From positions 48,556 through 112,555 of the forward strand of contig JAGCNV010000077.1 of assembly GCA_017645765.1 (NCBI GenBank): 64,000 nucleotides of DNA, given 5' to 3'. The DNA comes from a bacterium. Lineage in GTDB: Bacteria; UBP6; UBA1177. The position numbers and the translations under genes are program-made. Each line of letters opens with the position of its first letter. The first letter of the stretch is position 1. Below are positions 10,113-22,500 of this stretch, piece by piece. The notes beneath the pieces were generated by a model. That model saw only the letters and a program-made list of their open reading frames with translations. It was not told where the DNA came from and made no database searches.

Positions 10113-13100
10113 TTATTTTGTTGATTTCAGAGTATCCAATGTCTCTTTGTAGAATATTTTAGGTGCTGTCGCGTAAAGTGATTCTATAATTTCTATAGCT
10201 TCTTTGCGGTAATGTTCTTCGTGTGTCAGGTTGAACAGACCTACTTTGGTACCGGCTAAAATTTCACCTGTAAGATCGTCGGTTACCATATTTTTGATTC
10301 CTTCGATTGCTTTTTCCGGATCTTTCAGCGAGATCAATTTCCATTGGAAAAGAATGTTCTTTAACTCCAGATCCTTGCGGTTGACTTCGACTATTATCTT
10401 GTCTGCTTCCTTGCTGAGTTCCATAGCCTTGTCGTATTTTTTTGTGAGGAAAAGCAGATCGGCGTATTCAAAGAGGAATTCGCACAGGATGTTGTTTGCA
10501 TCGAGTTCTTTCGCAATAGTGATCGCCTGGAGGTAATGTTCCTCTGATTTTTCGAAATTCCCCTCTTTTTTCGCGATGTTACCGAGAATAAGGTGAGCAA
10601 GTGCGACATGTCTGCGGATTCCGAGTTCGGTAGCGATTGCAAGCTGGTCTTCGATGAGCGACTTCGCTTCTTCGTATTCACCGAGCCAGTATTTGAGTTC
10701 TCCAAGGTTGTTCGACGTGTAGCAGATATACTGTCTGATGCCCACTTTCTTGTAGGTTTCAAGAGCACGTCTGTAGAATTTTGCCGCGTTTTTGAAGTCG
10801 TTGAGGTAGGAATATATAAGACCGATGTTGTTTTCAGCAACGGCCACATCAAGCAGATTCTCGTTTTCTTTCGAAATTTTAAGCTGATTCTTGTAGTGCT
10901 GAAGTGCTTTCTGATAGTCTCCGCGGTAGTATGCAACACCGCCCATATAGCGGTAGGAAAGTGCTTTCGCCGATTTGTCGTTGATAATTTCGGCAAGACG
11001 GAGCTTTTCGGTGAAATGTTCGACTGCATCGTCAAGTTCGCCTTTGTAGTAGTGGATAAGACCGCGGTAACCTTCGACATCGCATTTGCCTTTGATGTCG
11101 TTGAGTTCGTTATAAAATGTTTCGGCTTCGTCAAGGAGCGGATTGGCCTCGTCGTAACGTCCTTTCTGCAGCATCATGTTGGCGAGTTCCTTCATACTCG
11201 TTGCAATGAGAAGTTCGTCGCCGATCTTCTGCGAGCGTTCAAGACTCTCTTTGAATAATTTTTCTGTAAGATCCCATTTTCCTTCGATTTTGTAGACATT
11301 TGCAAGGCTGTGACCGACTTTGATGATCTCTTTTTCGTCTTTGAGGATGGTCAGGAGCTTTTCGTACATTTTTTCAGCTTCTTCGTTGTGATACTGCGAT
11401 TTTGCGTAGTCAGCTGCTTTTTTGAGATAGACGATTTCTTTTTCAGTATCTTCAGCTTTTTCGTAGTGGAAAGCGAGGGTAGAGAAGAATTTTTCTTCAT
11501 CTTTGTAGTTTTTCTCGATAGCGTGAGCTACTTTTTTATGAATTTCTTTGAGGCGCGCTTTGAGCTGCATCGAGTACGCCGCATCGCGGAGAAGTGCGTG
11601 CCTGAAAGAGTATAGCAGCGAGGAAGCTTCATTCCAGACGAGCTCGTTGACACCCTCTTTGAGCAGGTTCGGTATGTTAAGTTTGTCCTGTTCCTGCGCT
11701 ATGTCGTTCAAAACGAGAAGGTCGATGTTGTTACCGAGAACGGAAGCACGGAAAACGAGGTCTTTCAAGTGCTGTGAAAGCCTGTCGAGACGGCTGACAA
11801 GCAGCGAATTGACGCCGCTCGGAACCTCAGCCTTGTTGCTGGTGAGAGCGTAGTATTTCCCGGTTTTCTGGATATATTTTTTGTCCTTCATGAAGAGAAC
11901 GAGCTGTTCGATGAAGAACGGGTTGCCGTCGGTTCTTGAAAATACGAAGTCGTTGAGTTCGCGGTTTCCCTTTTCTCCGAGTATGTTTTTGATCATCATA
12001 GGAATGTCGCTCTTCTGCATTTTGTCAATTACGATTACAGCGAATCTCTCATCTGTGTTAGTGAGAATTTCAGGCTGAGTGCCGTCGTCGTTGAGTCTTG
12101 ACATGATGTAAAGCGCAACAGGATAGTTGTCGAGAGCCTTTACCAAAGCTCTGGCTATTGCGAGCGAATCACTGTCGGCTGCGTGCATATCGTCGAGAAC
12201 GAGCATGAGCGGTCTGGTTTCGGCTATTGCTGCAAAGAAGTCGCAGACCGCATAGATCGTATTTTCATATCTGCTTTTCGCATCAAGCATATCATAGACT
12301 GATCCTTCCCAGAAAATTCCGGCAAGGGCTGCAATGTATGCTTTTGAAGCTTCGAAAGCCTCTTTTTTATTGATGATTTCTGCTGATAGAGCAGCCCATG
12401 CCTTGTCGAAAGCGGCATGGTTTTCTTCCGTATTAGCATTTTCATTCTGGTTGAAAAGTGTGCGGAAGAAGCTCGTGAACATATTCAGCGACTGTCTGAG
12501 TATCGTATCGGTCTTTAAAGTCAATACCCTGAAATCATTTGCGGAATTTTTTCTGACTTCATAAATCAGACGCGATTTTCCGATGCCTGCTTCGCCATAG
12601 ATCGTGGTGCAGTAAAGTTTGTTGTTTTCGCGGCATTTGTCGCGTGTTTCGAAAAGCTGTTTCAGCTCTGCCGTTCTGCCGGTGAAAGCTGTCGAGAAAG
12701 AAGCCTCTTCTTCGACTTTGAGATGTCCTTTTATTTCAAAAACTTCTATCGGAACATCAATTCCTTTGAAAGCGAAATCGCCTTTGCTTTCAAGCTCGAA
12801 AACGCTTTTTGCCTTTTCTGCTGCCTTGCCTGCTATCCAGTCTGCGCCGTACGGAGCCTTCATCATAACTCTGGCTGAAAGGTTGACGTTGTCGCCAAGA
12901 GCCGTGTAAGCTGCGCGTTTCGGGTTTCCTACGAATCCCGCATAGACGACGCCCTGCGTGATACCGCTTCTAAGTTCGGTATTGCAGTTCTTTCTGATTT
13001 CGGCAACGCAGTCGATTGCGCGTTCAAGATTGTCCTCATAGCTGACCGGTGCACCGAAAAGAGCTAACAGTGTCGCACCTTTGTCACCGAAGTCGAAACC

Positions 13101-13931
13101 GCTGATGTAACCGCCGTATTTCTGGACGTAACTAGCTAAATATTCAAGCATTCTTTCGATTTCGCACATTTCTTTCGAGATTTGGTATGAGATGAAAAGA
13201 GAGACGACTTCGCGGAACTCTCCCGGAATTTCCTGCTCGATAACGGTATGCGGAATGAAAATTTCGAGGTCTTCGATCTTCGGTTCAGTTGCTGCTGGCG
13301 TTGTTTCTGCCGGCACTAGAAGTTCATCAACGAAGTATGCGCCTTCTTTGATGTGCGTGCAGCAGTCTTTTTTGAGAATAGTATAGACTTTGTCGTTTAT
13401 GCAGATGTCGTTCGCCGTGCAGTGGTGTTCGGCTTCTGCAGCTTCATCGACAACATCGCCGAAGAAGAGGAAATGCCTTAAGTTTTCTTCGCCTTTTGCT
13501 GCGATCCAGTTGAATTTTCCTATTGAAATTCCTGCCTTAGCCGAAATTTTGAAAGCCTGGCCTTTATGGTAGAGCGAAGGATTTTCGGTGAAAAACTTGT
13601 GGATATTGAAAGCGGCCGTTATCGCGCGTCTGCCGTTGTCATCCTTGAAGACTGCGGTAAAAGCGTCACCGGCAAAGTTTAAAATGAATCCGTTCAGGTT
13701 ATATACAGCTTCGATAAGCGGATTGAATATCGTGTTCATGAAGACCGACAGTGTTTCTGCACCGTCGCTTCCCTGCGACATAAGCTGTCTTGTCATGTTC
13801 GTGAAACCTGAAATGTCGACAAACATAACTGAAGCGTCCACCGATCCTGATTTTTTATCGGAATTGATGTCGAAATAACCGAGTTGTTTAAGATCAGGAA
13901 TTAAATTTCTCATACCTACCTGCCCATTCAA
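10113..13931 (-). CDS. Adenylate/guanylate cyclase-domain protein with STAND/AAA ATPase and TPR array
   Basis: 1272 aa. Two class III cyclase-like domains sit at the N-terminus (..VMFVDISGFTNMT.., ..ALGDNVNLSARV..). A P-loop block (IYGEAGIGKSRL) and a long C-terminal TPR region follow. Confidence 0.8.
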   Translation of the reverse strand: MNGQVGMRNLIPDLKQLGYFDINSDKKSGSVDASVMFVDISGFTNMTRQLMSQGSDGAETLSVFMNTIFNPLIEAVYNLNGFILNFAGDAFTAVFKDDNGRRAITAAFNIHKFFTENPSLYHKGQAFKISAKAGISIGKFNWIAAKGEENLRHFLFFGDVVDEAAEAEHHCTANDICINDKVYTILKKDCCTHIKEGAYFVDELLVPAETTPAATEPKIEDLEIFIPHTVIEQEIPGEFREVVSLFISYQISKEMCEIERMLEYLASYVQKYGGYISGFDFGDKGATLLALFGAPVSYEDNLERAIDCVAEIRKNCNTELRSGITQGVVYAGFVGNPKRAAYTALGDNVNLSARVMMKAPYGADWIAGKAAEKAKSVFELESKGDFAFKGIDVPIEVFEIKGHLKVEEEASFSTAFTGRTAELKQLFETRDKCRENNKLYCTTIYGEAGIGKSRLIYEVRKNSANDFRVLTLKTDTILRQSLNMFTSFFRTLFNQNENANTEENHAAFDKAWAALSAEIINKKEAFEASKAYIAALAGIFWEGSVYDMLDAKSRYENTIYAVCDFFAAIAETRPLMLVLDDMHAADSDSLAIARALVKALDNYPVALYIMSRLNDDGTQPEILTNTDERFAVIVIDKMQKSDIPMMIKNILGEKGNRELNDFVFSRTDGNPFFIEQLVLFMKDKKYIQKTGKYYALTSNKAEVPSGVNSLLVSRLDRLSQHLKDLVFRASVLGNNIDLLVLNDIAQEQDKLNIPNLLKEGVNELVWNEASSLLYSFRHALLRDAAYSMQLKARLKEIHKKVAHAIEKNYKDEEKFFSTLAFHYEKAEDTEKEIVYLKKAADYAKSQYHNEEAEKMYEKLLTILKDEKEIIKVGHSLANVYKIEGKWDLTEKLFKESLERSQKIGDELLIATSMKELANMMLQKGRYDEANPLLDEAETFYNELNDIKGKCDVEGYRGLIHYYKGELDDAVEHFTEKLRLAEIINDKSAKALSYRYMGGVAYYRGDYQKALQHYKNQLKISKENENLLDVAVAENNIGLIYSYLNDFKNAAKFYRRALETYKKVGIRQYICYTSNNLGELKYWLGEYEEAKSLIEDQLAIATELGIRRHVALAHLILGNIAKKEGNFEKSEEHYLQAITIAKELDANNILCEFLFEYADLLFLTKKYDKAMELSKEADKIIVEVNRKDLELKNILFQWKLISLKDPEKAIEGIKNMVTDDLTGEILAGTKVGLFNLTHEEHYRKEAIEIIESLYATAPKIFYKETLDTLKSTK

Positions 13932-13990
13932 AAATTAACCGGATAATTATAGGTATATGGAAAAAGAAAACAAGTTTAAGAGGCTGAGAG

Positions 13991-15862
13991 TTATAAAATG
14001 TTGATTTTTATAGTGTTTGCAGCTGAACCAGTGTTGTTAAGCGCGCTTGTTCCGCCGGTGATTACCAATATCGGTCTTTCTCCGATGACTCCGGAAGGAA
14101 TAATGGATGCTTTCGGCATGACTCTTTTGTCGAGGTCTTTATCGGTCTTCATGTTGTGGGCAGCATCTTTATTCCATGTAAGAGTACTTGCGTTTATGGT
14201 CTGATAAGTACTTTCGGCTCCAGTGCCGCCAATCAAGATGATGTTGTCATGGTATGAATCGTAAAGTGTTCCTGCAAATGCTACATTTTGGCCGTTAGAA
14301 CTGATGGCGCTTCCATTTTCGGGAGTTATGAACGAACCGTCGGTAAGATTCCATTTTCTTATTACACCGTTTTGATCAGAATCTATAAATTCTCCGGATT
14401 TGCATGGCATTCCTCCTAAAGTGTAAAGAGCGTTGTTCGCAGCGATACTGTTTGCAAAAAATATGTTGTTGCTCATGTTTGCTTCGATATCCTTACTTTC
14501 ATTTTCAGAGATGATCGATGCTACAACTCCGGTTTCGCTTGTTTCCACGGTAGTTTCTTCTGTTGCTTCGTCAGTTGTTTCGTCTGTCGCTTCGTCGGTC
14601 GTTTCATCAGTTGCTTCATTAGTCGGTTCCTCTGTTGCTTCATTTGTCGTTGTTGATGAAACGACAGGTCTTCCGCCTACTGCAAAAATCGACCCGTTGT
14701 TATATGCGAGAGCAGGAAGAATCATTGGAGACGAAGTTTCCTTGAGTTCGGTGACTTTACCAATCGAAACAGATTTTTCTGCGGCGGCTGTAGAGTCTGT
14801 AATTGAAAATTTGTATGTCTTATTTGAAGGTTTACCGTTTTCGTCAACTCCGCCGACAAGGAAAACATCGAAAACCGCAATGCCGTTTTCCTGATCGTTC
14901 ACAGTCTGCTGGACAAGAATGCTCTGGAACGCCATGAAAGGAATTTTGTTTTCTTCAGGTACAGAAATAATTTCGGTAGAACTTTCCTGCTTGTCTTCAC
15001 CGTTATTTTTCATATTGAATTTGGGGTATGAAGGCATATATCTCTCGATGGTTGTAACTGGGTTTGTCTGCGAGTAGGGCAGAGGCGGGTAACCGTCGAA
15101 AGCTTCTTCCTGCTTTTTTGAACTGAAATTCTGGACTCCGCCGATAAATATAACGCTGCCGTCGTTCAGGGGTATTGCGGTATGCATTGCCCGCTTTTCG
15201 TTAAGATTTACGAGAGTTTTGTTTTCTCCGGTAGAACTTTCAATTATTCCGGACTCGATGTCGATTATTTCAACACTTTCAGTTGCCGCACATGTACCGT
15301 AATCATCGCATGAAATAAAACCGCCTGCAACAAGGACTCTGTTGTCTCCCAGAACAGTTGCAGTGTGACCGAATCTCGCAATTTGAAGCTTGTTAGGCAT
15401 ATCAAGCTCTGTCGGTTGCGGTTTTACAGGGTAAAGAAGAACTGTTGCTTTTGTTGTTTCTCCCTTCTTAAAACTTAAGTTTGTTACTTTTCCCTCCCAT
15501 TTCGGGTGAGTTACATCGGCTCCGAAGAAAAGCGAAACGGTGAGTGTTGCGTCTTCGACATTTTTGATACCCGTGAGTTTGTTTTTAAACTCTCTCCATT
15601 TTGTCCTCTCGATTGAAAGAACCGGTTTCCCGTTAATAGGAACAGGAAGACCGTTCCTGTCTGTTATCTTAAGGGCTATTGCTGCAATTTCCTGACTGAG
15701 GCAGTCAAATGACATTTCCGGATAGCATTTGTCTTCGCTGTCGCGCAGCATCCTGAGAGAAACGGTAGCCCCGTCGTCATCGGAATTAGATTCGTCTCCG
15801 CCGCATGAAACAAGGAAAAAAATTGAAAAAATCACGAAAAATAACCGAAGAAGGTTTTTCAT
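13991..15862 (-). CDS. Kelch-repeat lipoprotein with an acidic T/E/A/D tandem repeat
   Basis: Signal peptide plus lipobox (FFLVSC). Six or more Kelch-like blades (RFGHTATVLGDNRVLVAGG, HTAIPLNDGSVIFIGG, FLVGGVDENG, IFAVGG, LYTLGG, IILIGG). Confidence 0.7.
   Translation of the reverse strand: MKNLLRLFFVIFSIFFLVSCGGDESNSDDDGATVSLRMLRDSEDKCYPEMSFDCLSQEIAAIALKITDRNGLPVPINGKPVLSIERTKWREFKNKLTGIKNVEDATLTVSLFFGADVTHPKWEGKVTNLSFKKGETTKATVLLYPVKPQPTELDMPNKLQIARFGHTATVLGDNRVLVAGGFISCDDYGTCAATESVEIIDIESGIIESSTGENKTLVNLNEKRAMHTAIPLNDGSVIFIGGVQNFSSKKQEEAFDGYPPLPYSQTNPVTTIERYMPSYPKFNMKNNGEDKQESSTEIISVPEENKIPFMAFQSILVQQTVNDQENGIAVFDVFLVGGVDENGKPSNKTYKFSITDSTAAAEKSVSIGKVTELKETSSPMILPALAYNNGSIFAVGGRPVVSSTTTNEATEEPTNEATDETTDEATDETTDEATEETTVETSETGVVASIISENESKDIEANMSNNIFFANSIAANNALYTLGGMPCKSGEFIDSDQNGVIRKWNLTDGSFITPENGSAISSNGQNVAFAGTLYDSYHDNIILIGGTGAESTYQTINASTLTWNKDAAHNMKTDKDLDKRVMPKASIIPSGVIGERPILVITGGTSALNNTGSAANTIKINIL
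14528..14653 (-). repeat. In-frame 12-nt tandem repeat encoding (T-D/E-E-A/T)n inside the Kelch lipoprotein
   Basis: The protein stretch is TTTNEATEEPTNEATDETTDEATDETTDEATEETTVETSETG. The plus strand shows reiterated gtttcgtc/gcttcgtc units. Confidence 0.7.
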
Positions 15863-16404
15863 TTTTGGATCTCCTTAAATAAATCGTTGATTTTATTAAA
15901 TTTCTTTGAAATAAAAATTTCTTTTGCATCGATATCGGAAACTTGAACTTCCACTGTGCCGGAAGTAGAGGTTTCCACAACCGCAAACGATCTTCTGCCG
16001 GTGAGTCCGACCTTTCCTAAAGAGCCTGGATTTATAAAAATTCTGCCGCCGCGCTCTTCAACAAGAGGCGTGTGTGTGTGCCCGAAAACGACGATTTCAG
16101 CTTTTGCTGCGTTCATCGCGCTTTCGTTTACAGGCAGAATCCTGTGCGGAGCTGTAAGATTGTGAACCATGAAAAAGTTCAAACCGCCGATATCTGCTGA
16201 AACGCTTTCCGGAAGATACCCCGAAAGGACGAAGTCGGTGTTTCCGAAAACAGCGTAAAGATTTTTTTCGCCGACAGCCGCGTTGAATGCGCTGAAAAAT
16301 GCGGCATCTCCTATATCTCCAGCGTGCATCACAGCATCAAAATCCATATTTTTCATATCCAGCGGCATTTCGCCGTGAGTGTCGGAAACAACAAGTATTT
16401 TCAT
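15859..16404 (-). CDS. YfcE/MJ0936-type metallophosphoesterase
   Basis: MKILVVSDTHGE..GDIGD..GNTD..VVFGHTHTP motifs. I moved the start to the ATG at 16404. It overlaps the downstream lipoprotein gene by 4 nt. Confidence 0.8.
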   Translation of the reverse strand: MKILVVSDTHGEMPLDMKNMDFDAVMHAGDIGDAAFFSAFNAAVGEKNLYAVFGNTDFVLSGYLPESVSADIGGLNFFMVHNLTAPHRILPVNESAMNAAKAEIVVFGHTHTPLVEERGGRIFINPGSLGKVGLTGRRSFAVVETSTSGTVEVQVSDIDAKEIFISKKFNKINDLFKEIQK

Positions 16405-16507
16405 AACCCGCACCCCCAAAACTATTCTTTTTAGCACGATATAGTTGTTATGTCAAAATAGTGGCAGTTCCGGTGCTGATAGTTTTTTTATCAAAGATTT
16501 TTTCTGC

Positions 16508-16535
16508 TTGTCTTAATATGTTTTTCCTGTAAAAT
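16508..16535 (+). promoter_or_regulatory. Candidate sigma70-type promoter of the RHS gene (TTGTCT-16-TAAAAT)
   Basis: The hexamers were read directly from the sequence about 35 nt upstream of the ATG at 16569. GGAG lies just before the start codon. Confidence 0.3.
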
Positions 16536-16568
16536 ACCATGTTTTGTTAATTTTAGACGGAGACGGTC

Positions 16569-19500
16569 ATGAAAAAAATACTGTTGTTTTTTGTTATGTT
16601 TTTTCCATTTCTTTCCCTTTTTGCCGGATGGGGAGCTGATCTCTGTGAAGATGTGACCTGTTCGGGGCACGGTGAATGTCAGGAAGACGGTGAAGATGAA
16701 TGGTGTTTATGCGATGAAGGATATATTGCTGACGGAATGAACTGTATTTTAGGCTGTAACGGTGTTACATGCAGTGGTCACGGTGTCTGCTCGGTCGTGA
16801 GCGGTGCCGAGGTATGCAGCTGCGAAGCTGGATTCCATGCATCTGGACTCAACTGCATTCTGAATGAAGCTTCGACGGTCGATACTCTTGCTGTACTCAA
16901 TGAAACTGACTGCTACAACACCGGAAACTGTCATTACCGGCTGATTTTCGCGACTGGTGCTTATGATTTTACTCCGGCTCTTTCTTCGCTTTACGACATC
17001 ATCGTGAATGTTCTGGACTCTGGAAATGTGTGGCACAATTACAGGAAAACCGTGGCTCAGTGCGTGACGGAAGGAGTGTGCGACAATGTGGATGCGCAGT
17101 ATATCGATTTCTGGTTTCAGCACAATGTGAACGGCAATCAGTATGTTACGGTCGAGCTTCTGGGCAACGGCGACGACGCCTACGATGACATGTTCCACGA
17201 TGTTCTGATCGATTACTGCTATGGCGTAAACTGCGGAACGGGCGGCACATGCGACGGCACTTCCGGTTATCCTGTGTGTTCCTGCGATGAAGGCTATGTT
17301 CTGCGTGGCAGTATCTGTGAGGAAGGCTGGTTCGAGGATGAGAATCTGGCAGCAGCGGTTGTCGAACTGCTTCAGTACGATGGTTATGAGGTCGAAACGG
17401 AAACCGATATCGACCCTGAAATGCTTGAAGGTATCACTCATCTTACATTGAGAGGAAAAAACATTTCTTCTTTGGCCGGAATAGAGTTGTTCAGTTCTCT
17501 GGCTGTACTTGATGTTTCGGAAAACATGATTTCCGATTTGTCTCCCCTTTCAAACTGTGAAGAGCTTGTAATTCTCAATATGTCAGGCAATCCTGCAAAC
17601 GATTTGAGTCCGTTGAGTGCCCTTCCGCTTGTCAGTCTGGATATTTCATATTCTGGTGTTTACAACATTAACCCTCTTGTTTCGATTGAAACACTGTCTG
17701 AGTTGATTCTTGCAGATATGGAAAACGGCAGACACGGAATAATCAGACCGGAAAACAGCACAGTGTCGGAATGGCTTTTAAATCAGGAATTTCCAGGATG
17801 TAACAAGTTTTATTTCTACGGATCATCCAACAGCAATACATTCGGAGTCGGATTTATAGAAACCGGCAGCAACTGTCAGGCCCACGGTTCGTGTGTCAAC
17901 GGAATGTGCGTATGCGATGAAGGCTACAGTTATTCGTTAATCAACAATAGCTGCTATATTCCGAACATTTGCGATGCAGAATCGCATCCGAACCCGGCTA
18001 CAGGGATCTGTGAAGACAACAAACAATACATTCACTGTGGTGATGAGCCTGGCAAAAAATTTTCTTACAGCTATCTTGAGTGGAACGGAAGCGAATACGC
18101 ATTTCCCGACGGATATACAAATACTGAACCGTGCAAAATCGGAGATGGAACATGTGACGGTGATAACAACCGTAGTATCTGCCGCTGGAGCTGCGAAACA
18201 GATTATACCGCAGTCGGAAATGTCTGTGTTCCAAGGGCAGTCAGAGAAATCCCTGACAGCGCTTATAATCAGCTGATCCTGCCGCATATATCGAGGCAGG
18301 ATGTCTCGCTCGAGCCGGTTCCGGGAGTTCCGTCGTTTGCGCCGGTTCTGAATGCGGGATTTTATTATAGTGCAAAAAAAAATCTTGAATATGGCTGGTA
18401 TTTTGACCTGCCGAGGGTCGAGCTGAATCTTAACGAGAGAGGGTATACACTTACTTCCTACGAATGGGATCAGAAAACAGTTTATGTTTACATGCCGTGG
18501 GGAAAAGAGGAATATTCAATAGAGGCTGAGAAAAAATGTCTTGATTCGGATAACTATCCGGTGGATTGCGAAACATCGCCGGATATTGATCGTCTTGAGA
18601 TAACATATTATCCTGCACCAGGGCAGAATCTTTTTTCATATGTGGTTCTGGAAACAACAGGAGAAGCTTACGGATTTAATTTCGGTGTTGACCGTAACGA
18701 CTGGTGGAAAATTACACGTTACGGTGAAGACGGCTCTGTCACAGAGTTTTCAAGGAATTACAATAAAAATGGAAATGAAGAGGTAGTGCCAAGACCGAAT
18801 TTTTTCAGCTTCATGGACTATATTCCGATTTCGAAACATGTTACAAGAGACAAAAAAGAAACATCATTCAGCTACGAATGGGGTTTGGTTAAAAGAATGT
18901 ACACTCAATCTGTGCATTTTTATTACATCATTCGTTCCGCAACCATTGTTGACCCTCTGAAAAGAGTAATAAAAATCGAATCTTCTGACCCGGAACTTTC
19001 TGATTCGGAGACTCAGGAATACGGTCTTATGGGCCGGCCCGGCAGTTATTTCTTAGTATACACGCCGCTTGAAGGTGATGTCGAAATATCTGTCGGCAGG
19101 GCAGACCATGACGGTGAAGTGATAGAATCTACGCTGAAAAAAGTTGTAAAGTACTCAAATATAGACGGTTTTTCTATGGATGCCAAAATATATAAAGACG
19201 AACATCTTTATAGAAAAGACCGGTATTCCATAGATGACAGTAATAAAAATTTATTTGTTTTGGATTCGTATGCTGTAATTTCCGTAAATTCCTTTCCTTT
19301 GGATAGTAGCGTCGGCCGTATGACATGGGAATTTACTAAAGAAAACGATAATCCTGACGGCTATGTCGAAAGAAAGCTCGTCAATAGCGATGATCCGAAC
19401 GATCCGGAATATATTGTTAAAACAGTGAAAGGAAAATTTTATCAGCCTCGTCAGAAAATATATCCGTCTGAATATTCTCTTTCTTATTCTCCACTTAAAA

Positions 19501-22500
19501 CCGAGACAATATATTCGCATGAGAAAAGCGGCAGCTCAGACAAAAAAAGAATTGTTGAAGATTATTTTACGGAATGGCTTCAGCCTGCGAAAAGGTGGAT
19601 ATGTGAACGCGACTACGATGATGATGAAAAAAACTGTGACGGAATCTCAAACACTGTAAGCGAATCAATCAAATACAATGTCAGCGGTTCACCGATATAC
19701 TTCAAAAACGCGGACGGTCAGGTCACAGTCAATATTTACAATACGACAGATGAAGTAAGTCCCGGCAACTATATAGTTCATTTCCTTTCGGATCCGTGGA
19801 ATTACAGCAATGCAGTCAATTTAAATGTCAATTTGCCGACACCTGATTTTATAAGGGCTGATAATCTCCATAAAACCGGTACCCTGGCGTGTTCATCCGT
19901 TTACAGTCTTGATACCGGCAGTGTCGGCGGAATGATGCTCAACTATGTTGCATACGGAATCACTCCCAATTCAGACTTTTGCAGCAGCTCTGAAAACAAA
20001 AGAGTCACGAACTATGTGTGGAAGGAAGAGGCTTCGGGAAAACCTTACGATCTTAAAACGGTGACATATCCTGACGGAAAAGAGCAGGAATTTACCTATG
20101 ATTACGAGATGACCGCTGACGGTGTGGGTAAAATCCGTGGTGAAACAGTTACCGGCAGCAACAACCAGAACACGCTTCAGACATGCTATAAATATGACAA
20201 TAACTATCAGCTTATAGAACAAGGCATAGGCTTGCCGGGTCCTGATTGCAGCAAGAAAAAAGGATTCTCTTTCAGCGGTGAAGGCGGGCTTCTGATGACT
20301 CATGACTATTCCTTTGATGAAAATAACACTCCTGTTCTTGCAAACGACTACATTTACGACTATCTCGGCAGAAAACTTGTTGAAAGAAATTCAGCGGGAG
20401 TATCAACAGTTTATGTCTATGACAGCCTTGACCGCGTAGTATTCACGTTTTTCGGCTGTAATGTTGATAATTTCGCTTTCGAAAACCGTGTTTACACACC
20501 TTACAGTTTTGACGGAGACGCTTCAGCCGGAGTAACCGGTAGCGGAGTCACATTTGATTATAACCGCGGCGAATTTCCTTATGCCCGTTACATAAACCTT
20601 AACTCTTGCGAATACTACCGCAAATATACTTACGACACCATGAGCAACCTGACGGAAACATACTTCTTTGAATATTGGGGTGTCAATGCAAATAACCAGG
20701 TCGTTCAGCTGGATTCGCCCAAAATCATCAAGCAGACAACCGAATACGACATGCTCGGCCGCGCAGTAAAAAGCTGCCAGTTCGACGGCTCGACAGCAAA
20801 TCCGACCGATGACGACAAAAGGTGCATAGAAACTGAGCACGACATCTTCGGAAACATCGTCAAAAAGAAAGAAAACGGCGAAGTCCGCACAATCACTTAT
20901 GACCTTAGAAACAGGCCGCTCACAGTCACAGTCGACGGACTTCAGACAGAGCAGTATTTCTATCACAATGAAACTTGTGACACTTATTGCGGTTATGATG
21001 AGATAGCAAACAAATACGGAACAACTAACACTCTCAAAACATACAAAGACAGATGGGGCAGAGCCGCAAAAAGCGTTGATCCGTTCGGAAACAATGTAGA
21101 ACCGCATTATAACAGCACGACATGGCTGACGGATTATTCAAAAACATACAACGGCACAACTTTGACCAGTTTCGATGCGTATGAATACGATGATTTAGGC
21201 AGAGTTTCAACCATTAAAAAAGTTCTTTTCGATCCTGCGTCGAATACATCCAATGCGGCGGCAACATCAATTAACAGTATTGCCGCGAAAGAAATGGTTA
21301 TCGAAAAATCGTATTCCTACGATTTAGATACAGGAAGTGTTGTCGCCATCGAAGACAGCCTCGGAAGAGAATCGGTGAATACATACGACCATTTGAACCG
21401 CGTTGTCGAAGTTAAAAACTACGACGCCGACAATCTTTTGGTTTCTTCAGAAAGAACTGCTTACGACGCGTCCGGCAGAATATCTGCTGTTCAGAACTGG
21501 ACTTCGGCAAAAACGACTGTTACAGAATACGATTATGACAGAATGGGCAGAGTTACAGCAACATGCGTCAGCACTGCGAATGTCCCCGAAACGCAGGACT
21601 GTCTTGCAAATTCATGCACTTTCACAGACACAAAATGCTCATACCAGCTTTATAACACAGGCGGTCAGGTGGTATGGAGTGCCGATACAGAGAGAGGAGA
21701 AATCACAAATCTGCTTCCGTTCTTAAATATGAGTCTTTTTGTCGGAAACGAGACTGTTTACAGCTACAATGCTTTCGGTGAAGTTGTAAAAACGGCAAGG
21801 AGAATGACTGCAAACGGCAGCGGCGGCGGTTATAAAGAAACGCAGCTTTACAATTCCGACGGCTGGATAACCACAAATTATACTTATGATATTTTTGGCA
21901 GAAACACTGAAAAAGCCGATGACAACGGTTCAAAAACCCATTACACCTACACTGCAAACAATCTTCCTGCGACAGAAACATACTGCGGAAGCAGTGACTC
22001 CAACTGTGCATCGCCGCGTGAAGTCACTTACACTTACAACACTCTGCGCGATCTTGTCAGTGAAACTTACGAGCAGGATAATGTTTCTCTGACCGTGAAC
22101 TATGGCCGTGACAATTACGGCAGGATTTCGCAGAAATACACTGGAACTACTGCGACTGATGTTTACCAGACATTCACCTACAACAACAGAAACCTGCTTG
22201 AAACTGCAAAAAGCGTTGATCCTACGAATACGACATCCACGCTTTCGGAAGTAACCAGAACCTACGATTCATTCGGCAATATAAAATCCGAAACCTTTGA
22301 TTCAGGCACGGTATCAAGCGCTATTTCGTGGAATTCTTCAACCAAAGTTATGACAGAAACAACCACGCTTCCGACCGGTAAAAACATCGTTGAAACAGCT
22401 TTCAGCGGACTCCCGGAAGCTCTTGAATACGACGGAACGAAGCTCCTGCAGTATAACTACGGCACAGGCAATGTTCTCACCAGTATCCGCAAGAATTTTG

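Noticed and set aside
16749-17441. 230-aa minus-strand ORF, plus other 60-190-aa ORFs inside the RHS gene and orphans
   Set aside because: All are embedded antisense or out of frame in strongly supported RHS coding sequence. No motifs or RBS.
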